Source: Welwitschia mirabilis (Eukaryota). From it: a stretch of 64,000 bases of DNA. The position numbers were made by a program, and so were the translations under genes. Location: contig JBOZIK010000001.1 of the NCBI GenBank assembly GCA_051453625.1, positions 14,310,464 through 14,374,463 on the forward strand. The letters run 5' to 3'. Below are positions 24,005 to 37,985 of the stretch, piece by piece. The notes below the pieces were generated by a model, which worked only from the letters and a program-made list of their open reading frames with translations, was not told where the DNA came from and searched no databases. How positions within the stretch are numbered: the first letter of the stretch is position 1; each line of letters opens with the position of its first letter.

Positions 24005-25862
24005 TGATGATAGGCCAAATAGCTTATGATAATAAACTGATAAGGTTTTTGGATCAAGAAAGGAGATAGGAATGATCTAAATAATTATAGAATGATAGTA
24101 ATAAGTAATGTTTTTACAAAGCTTTTTGACACACTTCTTAAATAGATCATTGATAATTGAATAGAATCAAATAATATCAAAACGATTTGCTAAGCAAGTT
24201 TTTATCAAAATCATTTACTATTGATCATTTTCTTAAGCTAGGCATTGCATATATTTTGGAAAAAATTTAAATAAAAATCTCTTTATTTGTTTTATTAATT
24301 TTTCTAAAAGCTTATGATTCAATGAATCATATAAAATTATGGATGTGGATAAATCATATTGGAATTTTTCTTGATCTTTTTACTACTATTCAGAGATTAT
24401 ATGAAGAGGTTATAATGGAAATAAAAGACTTTGATCAAAAAATGTTTTAAATTTTAGTCTATGATAGGAGTAAAATAGGGATGTTGTTTCTCTCCAACAA
24501 TATTTCCTCTCTTCATTGATGAGTTACAAGATTGACTCTACAAAGAACATAATCACTATGCTATAAAGATAGAATCATTAGTAGTCCAATTACTCCTTTA
24601 TGAAAATGATTTTGAAAATAGTTATGAAAAACATGCTTTTAAAATTAAAAATTTTGCTAATCCTTTAGTTTGATAGTAAATACAAAAAAAAACTAAATTG
24701 ATTATTTAAAGCATTAAGAACACCTAATTTATTTTTATATTTAGCTAAAAGAAAATTAAAATAGTAGAAGATTTTTAATAATTGGGGCTTTATTAATCTA
24801 ATAACTATAGATGGGACCAATGCATTAAAGAGAGAAGAGCATATGAAATTAAAGCTTTCTATGCTATAAAAAATAAATGTATTTCATTGCAGATTTGGTT
24901 TGGCAAGTTCACAAATATATTTTTAAATCCATTTTTTATTCCATTATTTTGTATGGATGCCTAGTTTGGGAGCTAGGTATAAGTAAAATAAATTAGAAAG
25001 ATATTGAGAGAGTGTAGAAACTGTGAATTTAAGGTAAAGATTCCTATGATGCTTTTAAAATATGATCTTTTAACCATTAAAGCTAAAGCCATGCATCAGC
25101 TTTGTGTGTAAACTTTAAAGCAAATAGAAGTAAAGTAATTAAAATTTTTAAGAGTAGTTCTTAAAGCTACAAAAATAAAGAATGATATTTTCTAGGAATG
25201 CAGTGTCTAAAAAAGCAGAATTTTCTTGGAAGAATGTCTAAACCAATTTCATTAAGATTCATAGTTTCATCAAGTAGCACATTCTAGTAAAATTATAGAC
25301 AAATGTCTAAGGTAAGAGAAAGTTTTATTTTGAGAATATTCATCATAATCAGATTGATTTACTAGTTTACTATCTCATAGCAAAATCCCAATTAAGATGC
25401 ATAGCCTTATTAGAAAAATTTAATTAAGTTCACATCATCTTAGAATCAAAAGTGGAAGATGGAATAGCATGCCTAAAGAAGAACAAACATGAANNNNNNN
25501 NNNNNNNNNNNNNNNNNNNNNNNNNNNNNNNNNNNNNNNNNNNNNNNNNNNNNNNNNNNNNNNNNNNNNNNNNNNNNNNNNNNNNNNNNNNNNCATGAAT
25601 ATTTTACAATCTATAAGCCCTTAAAGATTAAGAACATCTTTTACATTTTTGTATTACTACAAAACTTATAAGGAAAATAACATCAATACCACTATAAAAA
25701 ATCTCTTTGATTTTTTCATATTGCATCTCGTTGTTGTTGATTGCTTTATTAAATCTATCATTGTATTCCATGATATCATCATTTCATCTATCTAATAGAT
25801 CCTTTGGGTATTTAAATATAATAAAAATTGGTTTTAGCTTTAGGTTTTAAAAAAATAGCTAA
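24005..25862 (+). mobile_element. 5'-truncated, degenerate non-LTR retrotransposon (LINE; RTE-X-like ORF2 RT plus C-terminal Cys/His motif)
   Basis: NYRMIVISNVFTKLFDTLL, TIDH, CFINF.KAYDS, IGVK*GCCFSPTIFPLFIDEL, LLLYEND (LYADD), LYGCLVW and SSHHLRIKSGRWNSMPKEEQT. Confidence 0.8.
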
Positions 25863-27632
25863 TTCAAGATAAACCTTTCTCATTAACCCCAAATACACAT
25901 TATTCATGGTACTAAGGGAGAATAAGATGTTCTTAAATATCGAGGGATGAAAATATCCTTAAAGGTTTTAGGCATGTAGGAAGGCTCTAAAATACATTCA
26001 GTAATATGTTTTACTATGTGTTTCTTTTGCATTTCTTGCACTTTATCTCTCTCTACATTGTAGAGTACTTCCATAATCATATTCATCCTAGTGATGTGCT
26101 TTTTCTAGTGATGATTTTTTCCTTACCTAGAAATGTTGGACCTTCTTTTGTATGCTCTCTAGTCTCTATTTTAGTTCTTATTGTTATTTTCTCTTACTAG
26201 GGGTTATCCTTTGAGTTGTTCTCCTCTCTTTTGATGTTTTCACTACTTACAAGGGTTTTTTCCCTCAACTTAGGATTTTTCCTTTGTAATTTTAATGCCT
26301 TCCCTCTATAATTTTTATTTGCCTTTTTGAAGTGAGTTTTTTTTAAAAGCATTATATTCTCTTTTAGGAGGCCACTTTTCTAAGAATCATTGAGTTTTAA
26401 AGAGGTAGTCGAAAAAATAAAGAGGTGATGAGGTAATTATCATTTTAGACAACAATGAGAACAAAAAGGTAATTGTTAACTTGAGTAGTGTGTAATGCAA
26501 AGGGAACATAAAAGCAAAAATCTATACATTGGAAAATGGACAGTAGAAAGAATTAGTAAAATGGATAGCACTAGAACAAAAAACTAAGAGAAATGTAAAG
26601 CTTTAAGTTATGGCTATTGTCATGTTTCATTAAAGGTTAAATGAGCACATCTAGCAGTAAGAAATTGATGTTTTAGTAGTAAGAGAGGTTGTAATTAGAT
26701 GGCATAACATAATGATTAAGTAGATAATCTAGTAGTAAGAAATCATAGGCAGCTGCTTATTTGAATTTTATGGTTAATTCTATTTAGTATCTTTTCTGTT
26801 ATAACATTAATTGATGTTATATGAAGGTGTTACATTTAATTTGATCTATGATTTTCCATCTATTATAGTGTTGAATGTCACATAATAAATCTTCTTTTTG
26901 TTATCTTACCACTCTCTATCTGTACATAGCCACCATGTCAAAATAGTCACTAACATATGATAGAGACTCAATAAAATATGGTAAGTACTCTATAAAACAT
27001 AGAAAAATATAGTACAAAACTTACCAAAAACACATAGGTGGTAGTGAAGAATGCATAGTTTATAGACATAGGATTTAATTTGGTAGTAAAGAAAACCCAA
27101 TTGATATTAAGAAAAAGGTCCTTAATAGTTAGCATGAACATGAATTCTTACATGAAGTGAGTTTTTTGGTAATACATGCTTAATAGTAATAGATTCACAT
27201 TGGCAAGGAAAGGTCTTAAAAGCACATGACTATATTATAATTCCATTTAAAACTATAAACATTTATGTCTAGCGGTGAAATAGGTTGCATTGATTAGGCA
27301 AAAATTATGGACCACTGTAACTGTCAAAGCTACTAAAGGCAAAGGTACTAACTAAGATGATATGGATAATGAAAGATGTCAACAGAATGTTAATGATGTG
27401 GAAAATGTAATAAAGACATCACACTAGAATAACTAGCTAATAATTTCTCCTTTTAACCACCAAGTTAATGGTATTTATGACTGATCTTACAAAAACCACT
27501 AAAATAGAAGCTCTTAAAACTAAGAATCATCACACAGCAAGGTGCTTTTTATCATGACACTAGTGGAGATATTACATGCTACATAATGGGTAATGAAATT
27601 AATGCTATATCTCATGGTTTAGTGTAATGAGA

Positions 27633-27915
27633 AAAATGGAATAGCATGCTCAAAGAAGAGCAAACATGCAAATTGTATAATCTAGAAGCTCGTGAAGATA
27701 AAAAACATGTTTTAATTATTTATACTATTACAAAACCTATAAGAAAAAAAATTCAATATTACTACAAGAGATTTCTTTTATTTTTTCATGTTACATCTAG
27801 TAGTTGTTGGTCAGTTTATTTAATCTATCTTTGTATTCCATTAATATGATTATTTCCTTTATGTAATAGATTCTTGAGTCTTTATACATAATGAAAATTT
27901 ATTTTTAGCTTCATT
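27633..27915 (+). mobile_element. Short 3'-end fragment of the same LINE family
   Basis: WNSMLKEEQTCKLYNLEAREDKKHVLI plus a 3' UTR colinear with 25458-25862. Confidence 0.75.
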
Positions 27916-28074
27916 AAATGTTTATAACATAAATTAAGAATGGACACGAGGTTGTACAACATTTAAAAAGGAAAACAACTTAAAAATGAATTACTAAAGT
28001 AATAGCATTACGGAGAGGATGAGACAATAAAGAGAAGTGATAAAGGAGTATGTGAAAATCCCATATTATAGTTA

Positions 28075-28446
28075 GTATTAATGTTTTGAAAATTTTGTAA
28101 AATTTAGCCTCTTGATATTAGATCAATAATAGCCTTAATGAACTTACAATCTACCATTACTCCTACAACATAAGGATAAACATCAAACTCCTAATATAAC
28201 TAGTAGTGCCTATGAGTCCTACCAATGCCATAAATGATTTTGCAAATATTCCTTTAAGATTTTATTTTATGCTTCATTATCCTATTAGAAGTCTAAAAAG
28301 TTGAATGATGGAATTAAAATTTTAGTTTTATGTGAGCTTAATAACATGAATAATAATAAATCAACCAAATAGTGAAATTACATTGTCATAACCCTAATAC
28401 ATGTTTTTCTAATCTCTTATAAAAAATATGTCAAAGTTGCATAACA
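28075..28446 (-). repeat. Diverged fragment of an Athila-like LTR related to 45494-46764
   Basis: Colinear with 46390-46760 (shared AAAAGTTGAATGATGGA and TTAGTTTTAT.TGAG). I saw no clear PPT. Confidence 0.5.
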
Positions 28447-28829
28447 TGGAAAAATTACAAAATGAAAACATTCAAATATGATGTAAAACTTTGAAATTTC
28501 TAAACCAATTTTGAACTAATTTTACATAAATGAATGGATAAAAAAATGGAAGATAAAATATTAAGTGAAATTCCCATTCCACCTAATTAAATTTAACTTT
28601 TTTCTTAAAGTTAATAAAATGGAAATTAAAATATATACGGAAGAAAAATTATACAAAAATTTGAGATGGATGGCAATAAAAGGAAATTACTTCATTACTT
28701 TTGGCAAATTGTTACATTAAATATGAAGACATGTAAACTATGAAAAATGTAATATAGTACATCTAAAAAAGACATGAAGAAAATTACAACATGAAATAAA
28801 GTGGAGGAAATGTGCTAATAGAACTTCTA

Positions 28830-29870
28830 TGAGAAACCATGATCTTAAGATTCTTTTTAATTCATCTTTATTCTTGGATATTGGTTTTTACTTCTTAGAG
28901 GTCATGTTCATTTTGTTCCAAAGTTTTACTATCCAATTATTATAAGATTTAGTCACCTATGCAAGAAACATTTTACTCGAAGTGGAAGAAGAATGAAGGA
29001 AGTATAGGAAGGACAAGGAGAAGGTACATGAGATGTTTCTTAAATGGACTCTTTACCCTTTATTCTAGTAAGGGAAGGAGAATAAGAAGAAAAAGGGCTT
29101 GAGCATGAGATGAAGAATGAATTTGATATGCTTCTTCTTGTTCTTCTTCTCATGCTTATTCTTTGAGTTCTCTTGTAATCCAATATTTATTCCTATACTT
29201 AGGTAATTTTTATAGGGGTAATGGTTTCTATGTAGGATCTATTCTAATTATTACATTTAATGGCTTAAGGGAGATCATTATGAATCAAATCTAAAACTAA
29301 AAATAAAAATAGTAGGTCTTTATTATTATCTACATGGATTGCTATAATTCTAAAAAAGAATTTGATCATGTTAAAATTTTTGCTATAGATTATTCTAATG
29401 ATGTCCAAATGAATACTGTAGGAATTAGTAACATGAGAGGTAGGCAATGTATCTATAACAATAAATATAAAGAGGACTAGTTGGATATTATGAAGTTATT
29501 TTTAAAGAAGTGCAACCTTTCTATTAGGGGCATATTCTGTGTTTAGAACTTCATAATAAAAAGCAAGGATCTTAGTAATCAAAAAGGTAAACTATTATTG
29601 TGGCTTACTCTAACAATGTCCTCTAGATCTACTAGAGTTTTAATAAAATAAGTATCATGAATAAAATAATTAATTAACCAAGTATCTCCCTCATTCACGG
29701 TGGCATTCTTGTAAAATTCAAGCTTTTTTTATTGTAGTTGTTCTTCTTCCTTTAAAAGATACTTCTAATTTCTATATTTAATCCTTTCTAGATAAAATGG
29801 TACATAAGGTGAGAGAAAAGAGGTGAAGATTCATTTTTTAATAAAATATCATTGTCTTCCACTCATGATT
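28830..29870 (-). pseudogene. Possible env-like ORF remnant of the minus-strand Athila element
   Basis: Located between integrase and the 3' LTR fragment, with acidic, Ser/Pro-rich and coiled-coil-like tail composition on the minus strand. No clean motif. Confidence 0.3.
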
Positions 29871-31259
29871 TCCTATAGATTACAGAATTAAAGAAAAAAT
29901 ATAAGAAAAGAATAGAAGTAAATAAAGATAATACTAGAGATAAGAAATGAAGGGGAAAAATAAAGAAACTGGAAAATAGTTTATTTCTAAAATAAAAATA
30001 GTAATTTCTAAAATAAAAATTACCATACCACAGAGTTAAAATAACAAAAAATGATATCTAGATACCATGGAAAGAAGCATGGAAGAAGTGCATAAACTTA
30101 CATGGTGGTACTAGTGAGGAAAGGTAGTGGCTAGCATTGACAAATTGTGATAGATAGATGTGAGTATCTAGCATGTATAAGAGGAAATCTTAGAGCTAAG
30201 GTGGATGTTATTATTAAGGTGAATTGGAGACTTTGAAATCTATCTTTTATAGAAATAATGTGTGAAATGCTAGCCATCATATGATTTTAGATGATTAATG
30301 GTTGAGATTAATTTTATCTAAATCAAATCTTAGATAGAGGGATTACACCATAAGAAACTTATGCATGCTTTCTAATCATTTTATCATAGGGGAAAAATAT
30401 GTATTTTATAACTTGAAATGGTAAATGAAAAAGAGAAAATGTAGTAAATAAAAATAAGAATGATGAATGCATGCATTTTATAAATAAAAGAGATTAATGA
30501 AATGTAGCTAATGGTTTTTTTTTAAATAGTTTTTTTTAATGTGGTGGACCTATTACAAAATCAAAGTAAAGTATTAATGAGTAAATTTATAACATTCAAG
30601 AGTAGTAAAAGGAATATCAAGTTTTAATTTAATAAATAAATTAGATCAATATATCTCTTTAATATTACCTTAATTTTATTCTAATTCCCTTCTATGTTTA
30701 TGAGTTTCTACTTCAAGCATTTGACCATATTGAGTATTCAATGTTATGGCATTTTTTTAATAGACTTAACATGTTATTCATAAAGAATTCAATGCTAAAT
30801 TTCTAGTAAGTGTTATCAGCTCCAATGTAGTTGAATGTGCCATAAATGAATCATTAAAGATGAATTCTTAGTAGGCATCCATAGCCTTGATATAGTTAAC
30901 TAAATCCAATAATAACAATCAAAATATGTTTACACTTCAAGAATTTCTATAAGATTTTTTATAAGCATAAGAGTGGCCATTGGCCCATTAGCCTACTTTG
31001 AAAAGTAATGTCATAACTTTAAATGCTTGAAATAAAGTAACAACATGGAAGTCGAGAAATAACCTTTTATCTTGGAATTTTTTATGTTAGAGAGCTCAGA
31101 TTACTACAAACTTTAAGAAATAACTCAAAAATAAAGATTAATTTCTCTTCAAGAGCAAGAATTTAAGGATATCTACTGAAACTCTAAAAAGAAAAATATC
31201 ACTTTATTATTGGATCCTTAAAAAAGGGCATTAATTAGAATCATTTAGTCTTATGAACT

Positions 31260-34200
31260 GATAAGAAGATAAAAAGAGTGGATGAAAGGATTTTAGATAA
31301 TTACCATTTTGGTTTTATAGGAAAAAGATTCCATTTCGTAGTACTTGTTTTATTGTTTATGATCCTAGTCATCTAGAAATTAATTTTCTAAGGAAAAAAA
31401 TGCAATTTTGCATTGTATAATAGAATCAAATATCCTTACTAAAATGTCTTCTTATGGATATTTTAATCACAGAACTTTTTCATTTTATTTTTGTTACTTA
31501 TCATCTTTTTGTATTTATTATTGATAAGTCCATTTTATTCATTTAGCTAGATTTATCTATGCATTCTTACCATAACAAGGTCTAGATTCATGTGTTTTAT
31601 GGGTTAATTAGATTTGTGTTTAAGTTTTATAAGAAGATAACTAACTTTACCATAGACTATTCTAGAAAGTAAAATTCCTAATAGGGACCTTTTAGGTAAC
31701 TATATTATCTCATAAAATATCATTTAATTTGTAGTAATAATCTTTCCTTATTAAATGTGTCAGGTTTTACAAAATATTTCTAGCTTTTCTATTGATAACC
31801 TGAATTCATTCACTAGTTTGAAGATGATAAGAAGTAATAGCTTTAGCAAAAATCTTGTTTAAAATTCTATTATAAAATGGAAATCATCATTACTAATTAG
31901 GAATCTTGGATAACCTAAACTAGTTAAAATGTATTCCTTAAAAAGTTTCATTATTATTTAGGCATCATTATTTTTACAAGCATAAGCTTTAATCCACCAG
32001 ATAACATAGTTGATATAAACTAATATGTATTGATCTTTATTCAAAAAAGGATAATGGCCTTAAAAATGAATTCTCCAAGTATCAAATGATTAAACAATAA
32101 TAATGGAGATTAGTAACATCATGTGTTTCTTGATAATATTTCTAGGTTTTCTATGGTTATTACAAGATTTGTAATAAAGATAAGAGTCTCTAAAATTAAA
32201 AAGTTAATATAGTCCACATTGAGAAATGTTTGTGGTAGTTTTATTACCTAAAAGAATAGGCACCATAAGCCTTAGAATGATAAATATAAAAGATGTCATA
32301 AACTTTAAATTATGGGGATACATCTTCAAATAATTTGATTAAGAGAGTATTTAAAAAGATAAGGGTCATCCTAGAAGAAGTACTTTACTTGACTTAATAA
32401 TTTATTTCTCTTATTATAATTCCAATGAAAAAGGACAATTTTCAAGACCAAGTAATTAGCAATATTAGCATACCAGGAAGTTTTTGAAATGGAGAAAAGA
32501 TGGTCATCAATAAAAGAGTCATTAATAGTACCTAAATCATAGAAAACTCTTTGAGTAATTCTTTAAATATGAAAACTATGTTATCAAAATCCTTCTTATC
32601 TTTGATTTCCATGTCAAATTCTTATAATACTAGAACCCATATAATCAATTTAGTCTTAGAATTATTCTTAGCTAAAAAATATCTAATGGTTGAATGCTCA
32701 GTGTAAGCTATGGCCTTAAAGTTAAGAAGATATTTCCTAATTTTTTAAAAGAAAAAAAACTACAAATGGTTTTTAATTAGTAATAGTATAGTTTAGTTGG
32801 TTATCATTTAAGGTTTTACTAGAATAATGCATCACTATTGGCTTACTCTTAGCTCTTTCATCTAATATTGTATCAACATCATAATAACTAACATATCACT
32901 CATGGCTTTAAAAGGAAATTTCCACTTAGGTGATTGAATGATTAGTATTTTACTAAGTTTTATTTTAATATAATTAAATACTTATTAACAATAACATATC
33001 CACTTAAAATAAGTACCATTATTAAGAAGATCATAAGATGTTTGAATCTTTTACTGAAGTTTTGAATGAACCTCTCATAGTATCCTACATGTTCAACAAA
33101 AGACTAAATGTCTTTAAATTTTTAAGACATAAGAAGATGGATAATTAGTAAGACTTTTATAGGATATACTTTAATTTCTTCTATATAAGTATGATAATTT
33201 CTTTTTTAAATATGAAATGATGCTTTTCCCACTTCAAAATAAGGCATTTTTCCATGCATCTTACTAGAACAAACTTAAGGTAATAAAGGTATTGATCATA
33301 GAAAATTTCATAAATGGAAGATTAGTCCATGAAGATCTCCACATAAGATTCCAATAAGTTAGAAGATATACCAAGCATACAATGTTATAATGTAACATGA
33401 GCATCACAAAGATTGAATGACATATACTTGCATGCAAAAGTTCTATAAGAACAAGTNNNNNNNNNNNNNNNNNNNNNNNNNNNNNNNNNACCTACACAAT
33501 AAGAAATAAAAAGGTGCTTAGTAAGTTTTTCAAGAATTTTATTAGAAAATAAAAGAGGAAAATGGTCTATGCTAGTCATAACATTAAGCTTTAATTTATA
33601 ATTGATGCACCATCTCCACTTCATTGTAGGCCTAGTAAGAATAAGTTTATTAGGTTTATTAAACATCAAGGTCATTTTTAATTTCTTGACTATGGTTTAT
33701 ATTAGAATAATTCATTTTCTATAATAGATTATATAGATCATCCCATTGTCTAAAATCTTAATCACTTCATCATTGACTACCTCCTTTAAGGCTAAGCTGA
33801 TTGGTCTTTGGAAGTTAATGAATGATTTGGCATTCTTCTCAAGTTAGATATAATGCATGTAAGCACTTAGGCCAATGGCTTCATTATCTAAAGGTATTTA
33901 ATATAAGGCTTACTTATTCTTTTTTAGTAATTTTAACAAGGAATTCTCTTATAAAGTCCCTAAAGATAAGTTGATAATCATCCAAAAAACTAAATTATTA
34001 TCTAAAAATGCATACTTAATGTTATTAGAAAGTGGTTTTAACTCAATAAAAGGATTAATGTACACATCGATGCTTGAATTATGTTTCATGAATGAGGAAA
34101 TAGTAAAAATGTTTTGAATAGTGAAAGGTAACTTAGAATTAAGAGATGCATTTCTAGAATATTAATATATTCAAAACCATCATCACTAAAGTGTCATTTT

Positions 34201-36250
34201 ATGGTATTAAAAATGTTCACTTTAGTAGTTATATTCCTAAAAGATACTTTCATAAGGCCATTCCTATAGTTAATAAAAGAATTAGACATTATAAGAAAAG
34301 ATATTTGTAAAATAATAGGAACTGTGTGCTGACTATTCTATCCATTTCCAAAATTATAAAATCTACTAAAAATAGTAACTATATACTTAAATAATAATAT
34401 CTTTTACTACATTTAAAGGTGAATTTAAAGAATTATTATCTCATTAAAGTTGTAATTTAGTGTTTTAAAGACCATTTAAACCAAACTTCTTATAGATGAA
34501 ATATGATAAAAGGTTAACACCAGCACTTAAATCTAATAAGGATTAATTGATATGTTGATCTCCAATGTTGATTGTAATAGTCAGATATCCTAGGTTCTTG
34601 TATTTCTAAGGGATATAGTTTTAGATAATGGAACTTATTTACTAGGTAAGAAATGATTTGGTTTTAACATTTATTCCACTCTTAATTGTACATAAGTCCT
34701 TATAAAATTTGGCATAGTAAGGGATTTACTACATGGATTATAAGAGAGAAATGTTAATTTTAACTTCTTTAAAAATTTGAAGAGCCTCTTATTGCTTATT
34801 TTTTATTTGATCCTTTCTAAGTTGTTAAGGAAAAGGTAAGGGCTCTTTATATGAAGCAATTTATGGTTCTTATTCAATTTTTAATTCTTATCCTTTCTAG
34901 AATTACTAGGTATTTCAACCTCTTATGTTAAAGTTTTCTCTAAACTTGGGTTGATTTTCTTGTCACTTCTTAATAGTATGGCTTTAGTTTTCTAAACATG
35001 TGTATTGTTTGCTTTATCTATCATTTTGTAAATACTAGGATTTGGTTTGGAAGATACTAGAATCTTATCATTTTCATGTTAGTTAAGTGAAAAAGGGATG
35101 TAAGTGGTGGTTTGACTTAATGGTTTTATGTTTTACTCTAGTTTTTGTAATGTGGAAGAGTTTTATAGATTAAATTTCTATTGGCTATTATTGATCTAGA
35201 TTTGAGCTTTTATACATATCTTAAGAATATCTTCTAAATAATATAATGATAAGTGTTGATTATTAGAAGTTAGGAGTTGATGATTAGAAGATGATGATGA
35301 TGAATATTAATTTTAAGATTGACTATAGAGGCTTCATTATGATTATCATGTCTCTATGAAACGTTTAGATGATTCTTCTATCTAGTTAACTTTTTAGTTT
35401 TACATCTTAAAATATGAAGATAAAGGGGCATTGTGAGGTCTCATAGATATCTATGTAATAGATGGAATAATCTTGAGGAATAATTAACTTGGAAGTGGTT
35501 TTAAAAAATTCAAGATTCTAGATAGCATGATGTGATCTAGATGGTTCATTTGTATTCTCCAAATTCCTAAAACTCCTGGAGATTATTTGTAATAAATTCT
35601 AAGATTCATGTATTTCTAGGTTTAAGAAACTTCCCCCATGTATTATCTCCATGAGTTATCTATGATTTTAAAAAAATACTTTATAAAAGAAATTTATAGC
35701 ACTACATTATTTGAAACCATATTAGGGAAACTAAAGTACAAAATATTTGAAATATTCTAGAGTTTGGAAAAAATTTTCATGATTTTTTTAGTATAAATTC
35801 ATGACTTCTTTCCTAAGGGCATTTGTCTTATAATTAGAAAAGAACTTCTTGATAAAAGCTTAGTCAAGTTTAGTCTAAGAATTGATGGGGATGGATTTAA
35901 TTATATGTAACCAATACTTTACTTTCTTTTCAAAAAAAGAAAAGAAAAAAGTATCAATTAGAGGATTTTTAATATGTTTGAGTTTTGAGGGATAGTAGAC
36001 ATGATACAGTCAAATTTCTTAAGATGCAAATAAGAATATTTAGACTCTAAACCATAAAAATGTGGTAATACTTGAGTAATAGCTAGTTTGAAGTTAATTT
36101 TGTAAGCATTTTAAGGCTAAACTATATATTATGGAATTGTTGAGTATTGAGGCTAAAGGTAATCTTTTAGGATTTACCTCAGTGATTGAATGTTAGAGTG
36201 GTTTATTTCTTGAAAAGTGGGACTAAAATTGTGAATGACTATTTTGTTCC
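31260..36250 (-). pseudogene. Degenerate Athila gag-pol (gag, protease, RT, RNaseH, integrase)
   Basis: Minus strand: gag LKDYL...LPHFYGLESKYSYLHLKKF (~36000-36180); protease LLDLSAGVNLL (~34510-34545); RT WRWCINYK...DHFPLLF (ORF 33385-33675) and VEIFMD (~33330); RNaseH IIQSPKWKFPF (~32900); integrase WWIKAYACKNNDA...GYPRFLISND (~31880-32000). Confidence 0.9.
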
Positions 36251-36618
36251 ATATTGCAATCTTAATTGAATCTATCTAATGAATGGCTTTTAAAAAGTGG
36301 CCTTAACTTATGATATCATTTTAAGTTCATATTAGCATTTAGGTTAGTATAGTCAATTGTTTATAAGATCTATATTGCCAATTCATGCAAGTTTTTCATA
36401 GATCAAGACTCACCAAGTTAAAGAAACATTTCAAAAAGGTTTAAGATGAGTTTGTATGTAGTTTAAGGATTAGACTTAAGCAAATAATGATGGTGTTAGT
36501 GAGAAAAGCAGTGGTATCAATTGGTTTAAAACATATAGGCTAAGAAAGGTAACTCAACTAAGAAGATAAAATAAAATGTTTAGTAAAAATAGAAATATAA
36601 AAAAGGTAAAGGATATGC

Positions 36619-37985
36619 TATTTTAATGTGAATTTATGCAATCTTGATGTTCTTAAGGTAAATCTATAAATCAAATAACTTGTAGTAAAAACACACTAGT
36701 ATAGACAGGAGTTCATCCAAATGTTGTAATCCCAATGAAGACACTAGGCTAAGAGTTGAAGAATTGATTTCCAAGATTTTTTTAGTCTTTTATCTTATAA
36801 AAAGTAAAGGTAAATTAATAAGTAAATTGATTGTAAGTGAATGAAAATGAAATTCAATATGGAAATGGAATGAACTCTTTTGGTTTCTAATCCTTCTGTT
36901 ACAAGGACTAGCTTTCCTATAATTTAGATCAACTTAAGAAGAGTATTCAACTAGGTCTTAACCAACATAAACTATGAGATATACTAAGTATAATATAGAA
37001 TACAATGTTAAATGGAATGGAATAGAAATCTAAATACAATACTAACCAAGGTCAACCTTAATAAAGGTTATCTTTATAATCTAAATAAATCACAGAGTTT
37101 TCACTCTAAACTATGATCAAGGTAAACCATAAGGGATATCACAAAATTGAAATGAAAGTAGCAAGTGTATTGATTTAAAGATTAATTGGATTAATTCAAG
37201 AACTTTACATCCACTTAAAATAGAATAACAACACCTCAATGGAAGAGACTGAGCCTAACACCAAGGGAACTCCTTTCTATAGCCATTGGATGAACCTCTT
37301 ATTCTTTAATCTTCCATCATAAGCATATCAAGTACAAAAGATGGAATGAAAATGGAGGAGGGAAAGGGTATTTATAGTTTTACATTGAATGTTCTAGAAA
37401 TGTAACCCTAGGAGTCAAAGAGAAAATACTAGTAGCCTAAGTGGGATGCATAACCCCATTAGAAGGTAATTCAGTCCTACATATATAAAACAGATGTCAA
37501 CCTAACTATCGTGGGGATGTTAGTAAAGACGATGCCCCTTAATAGCAGATAATTAATTAGCTTCTAGCCCCACAATTAGCCTTTTAGTTGTCTCTAAATA
37601 TTTCATTATTTCTTATGTCATGGGGATGATAATGGGGATGATACCTCCCCTGAAAAGGTGCCTTGTTAACTCTAGGCTCCAGTTCAAGTTGATATTACAA
37701 TAGATGAATAAAATGTTGTTATGCCCTTTGTCATGGAAATGATAATGTGAATGACACCCTTCCAAATCTCCTTTGGTAAAGCAAATCAGCCTTCTTTCAT
37801 CATTAATTATCCTCCAACATATTAGAACATGCCTGAAATGCCTCCAATTACACCTAGAATTACATGTTCCCATGATCATCCCATTGACTTTTCATAATCA
37901 TCAAAGTTGTATCTAAACCTATATAAATATCCTATAAAAGACCTTCACCGGCATCATTAAATTCCTATAAATTGGAATTATAACA
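36619..37985 (-). repeat. 3' LTR of the nested element
   Basis: Colinear with 43303-44674; differences are mostly transitions. Confidence 0.9.

Noticed and set aside
25904..27620. Possible Gypsy integrase/gag or other TE fragment
   Set aside because: Only a vague SPLVP..WG similarity, too degraded to call.
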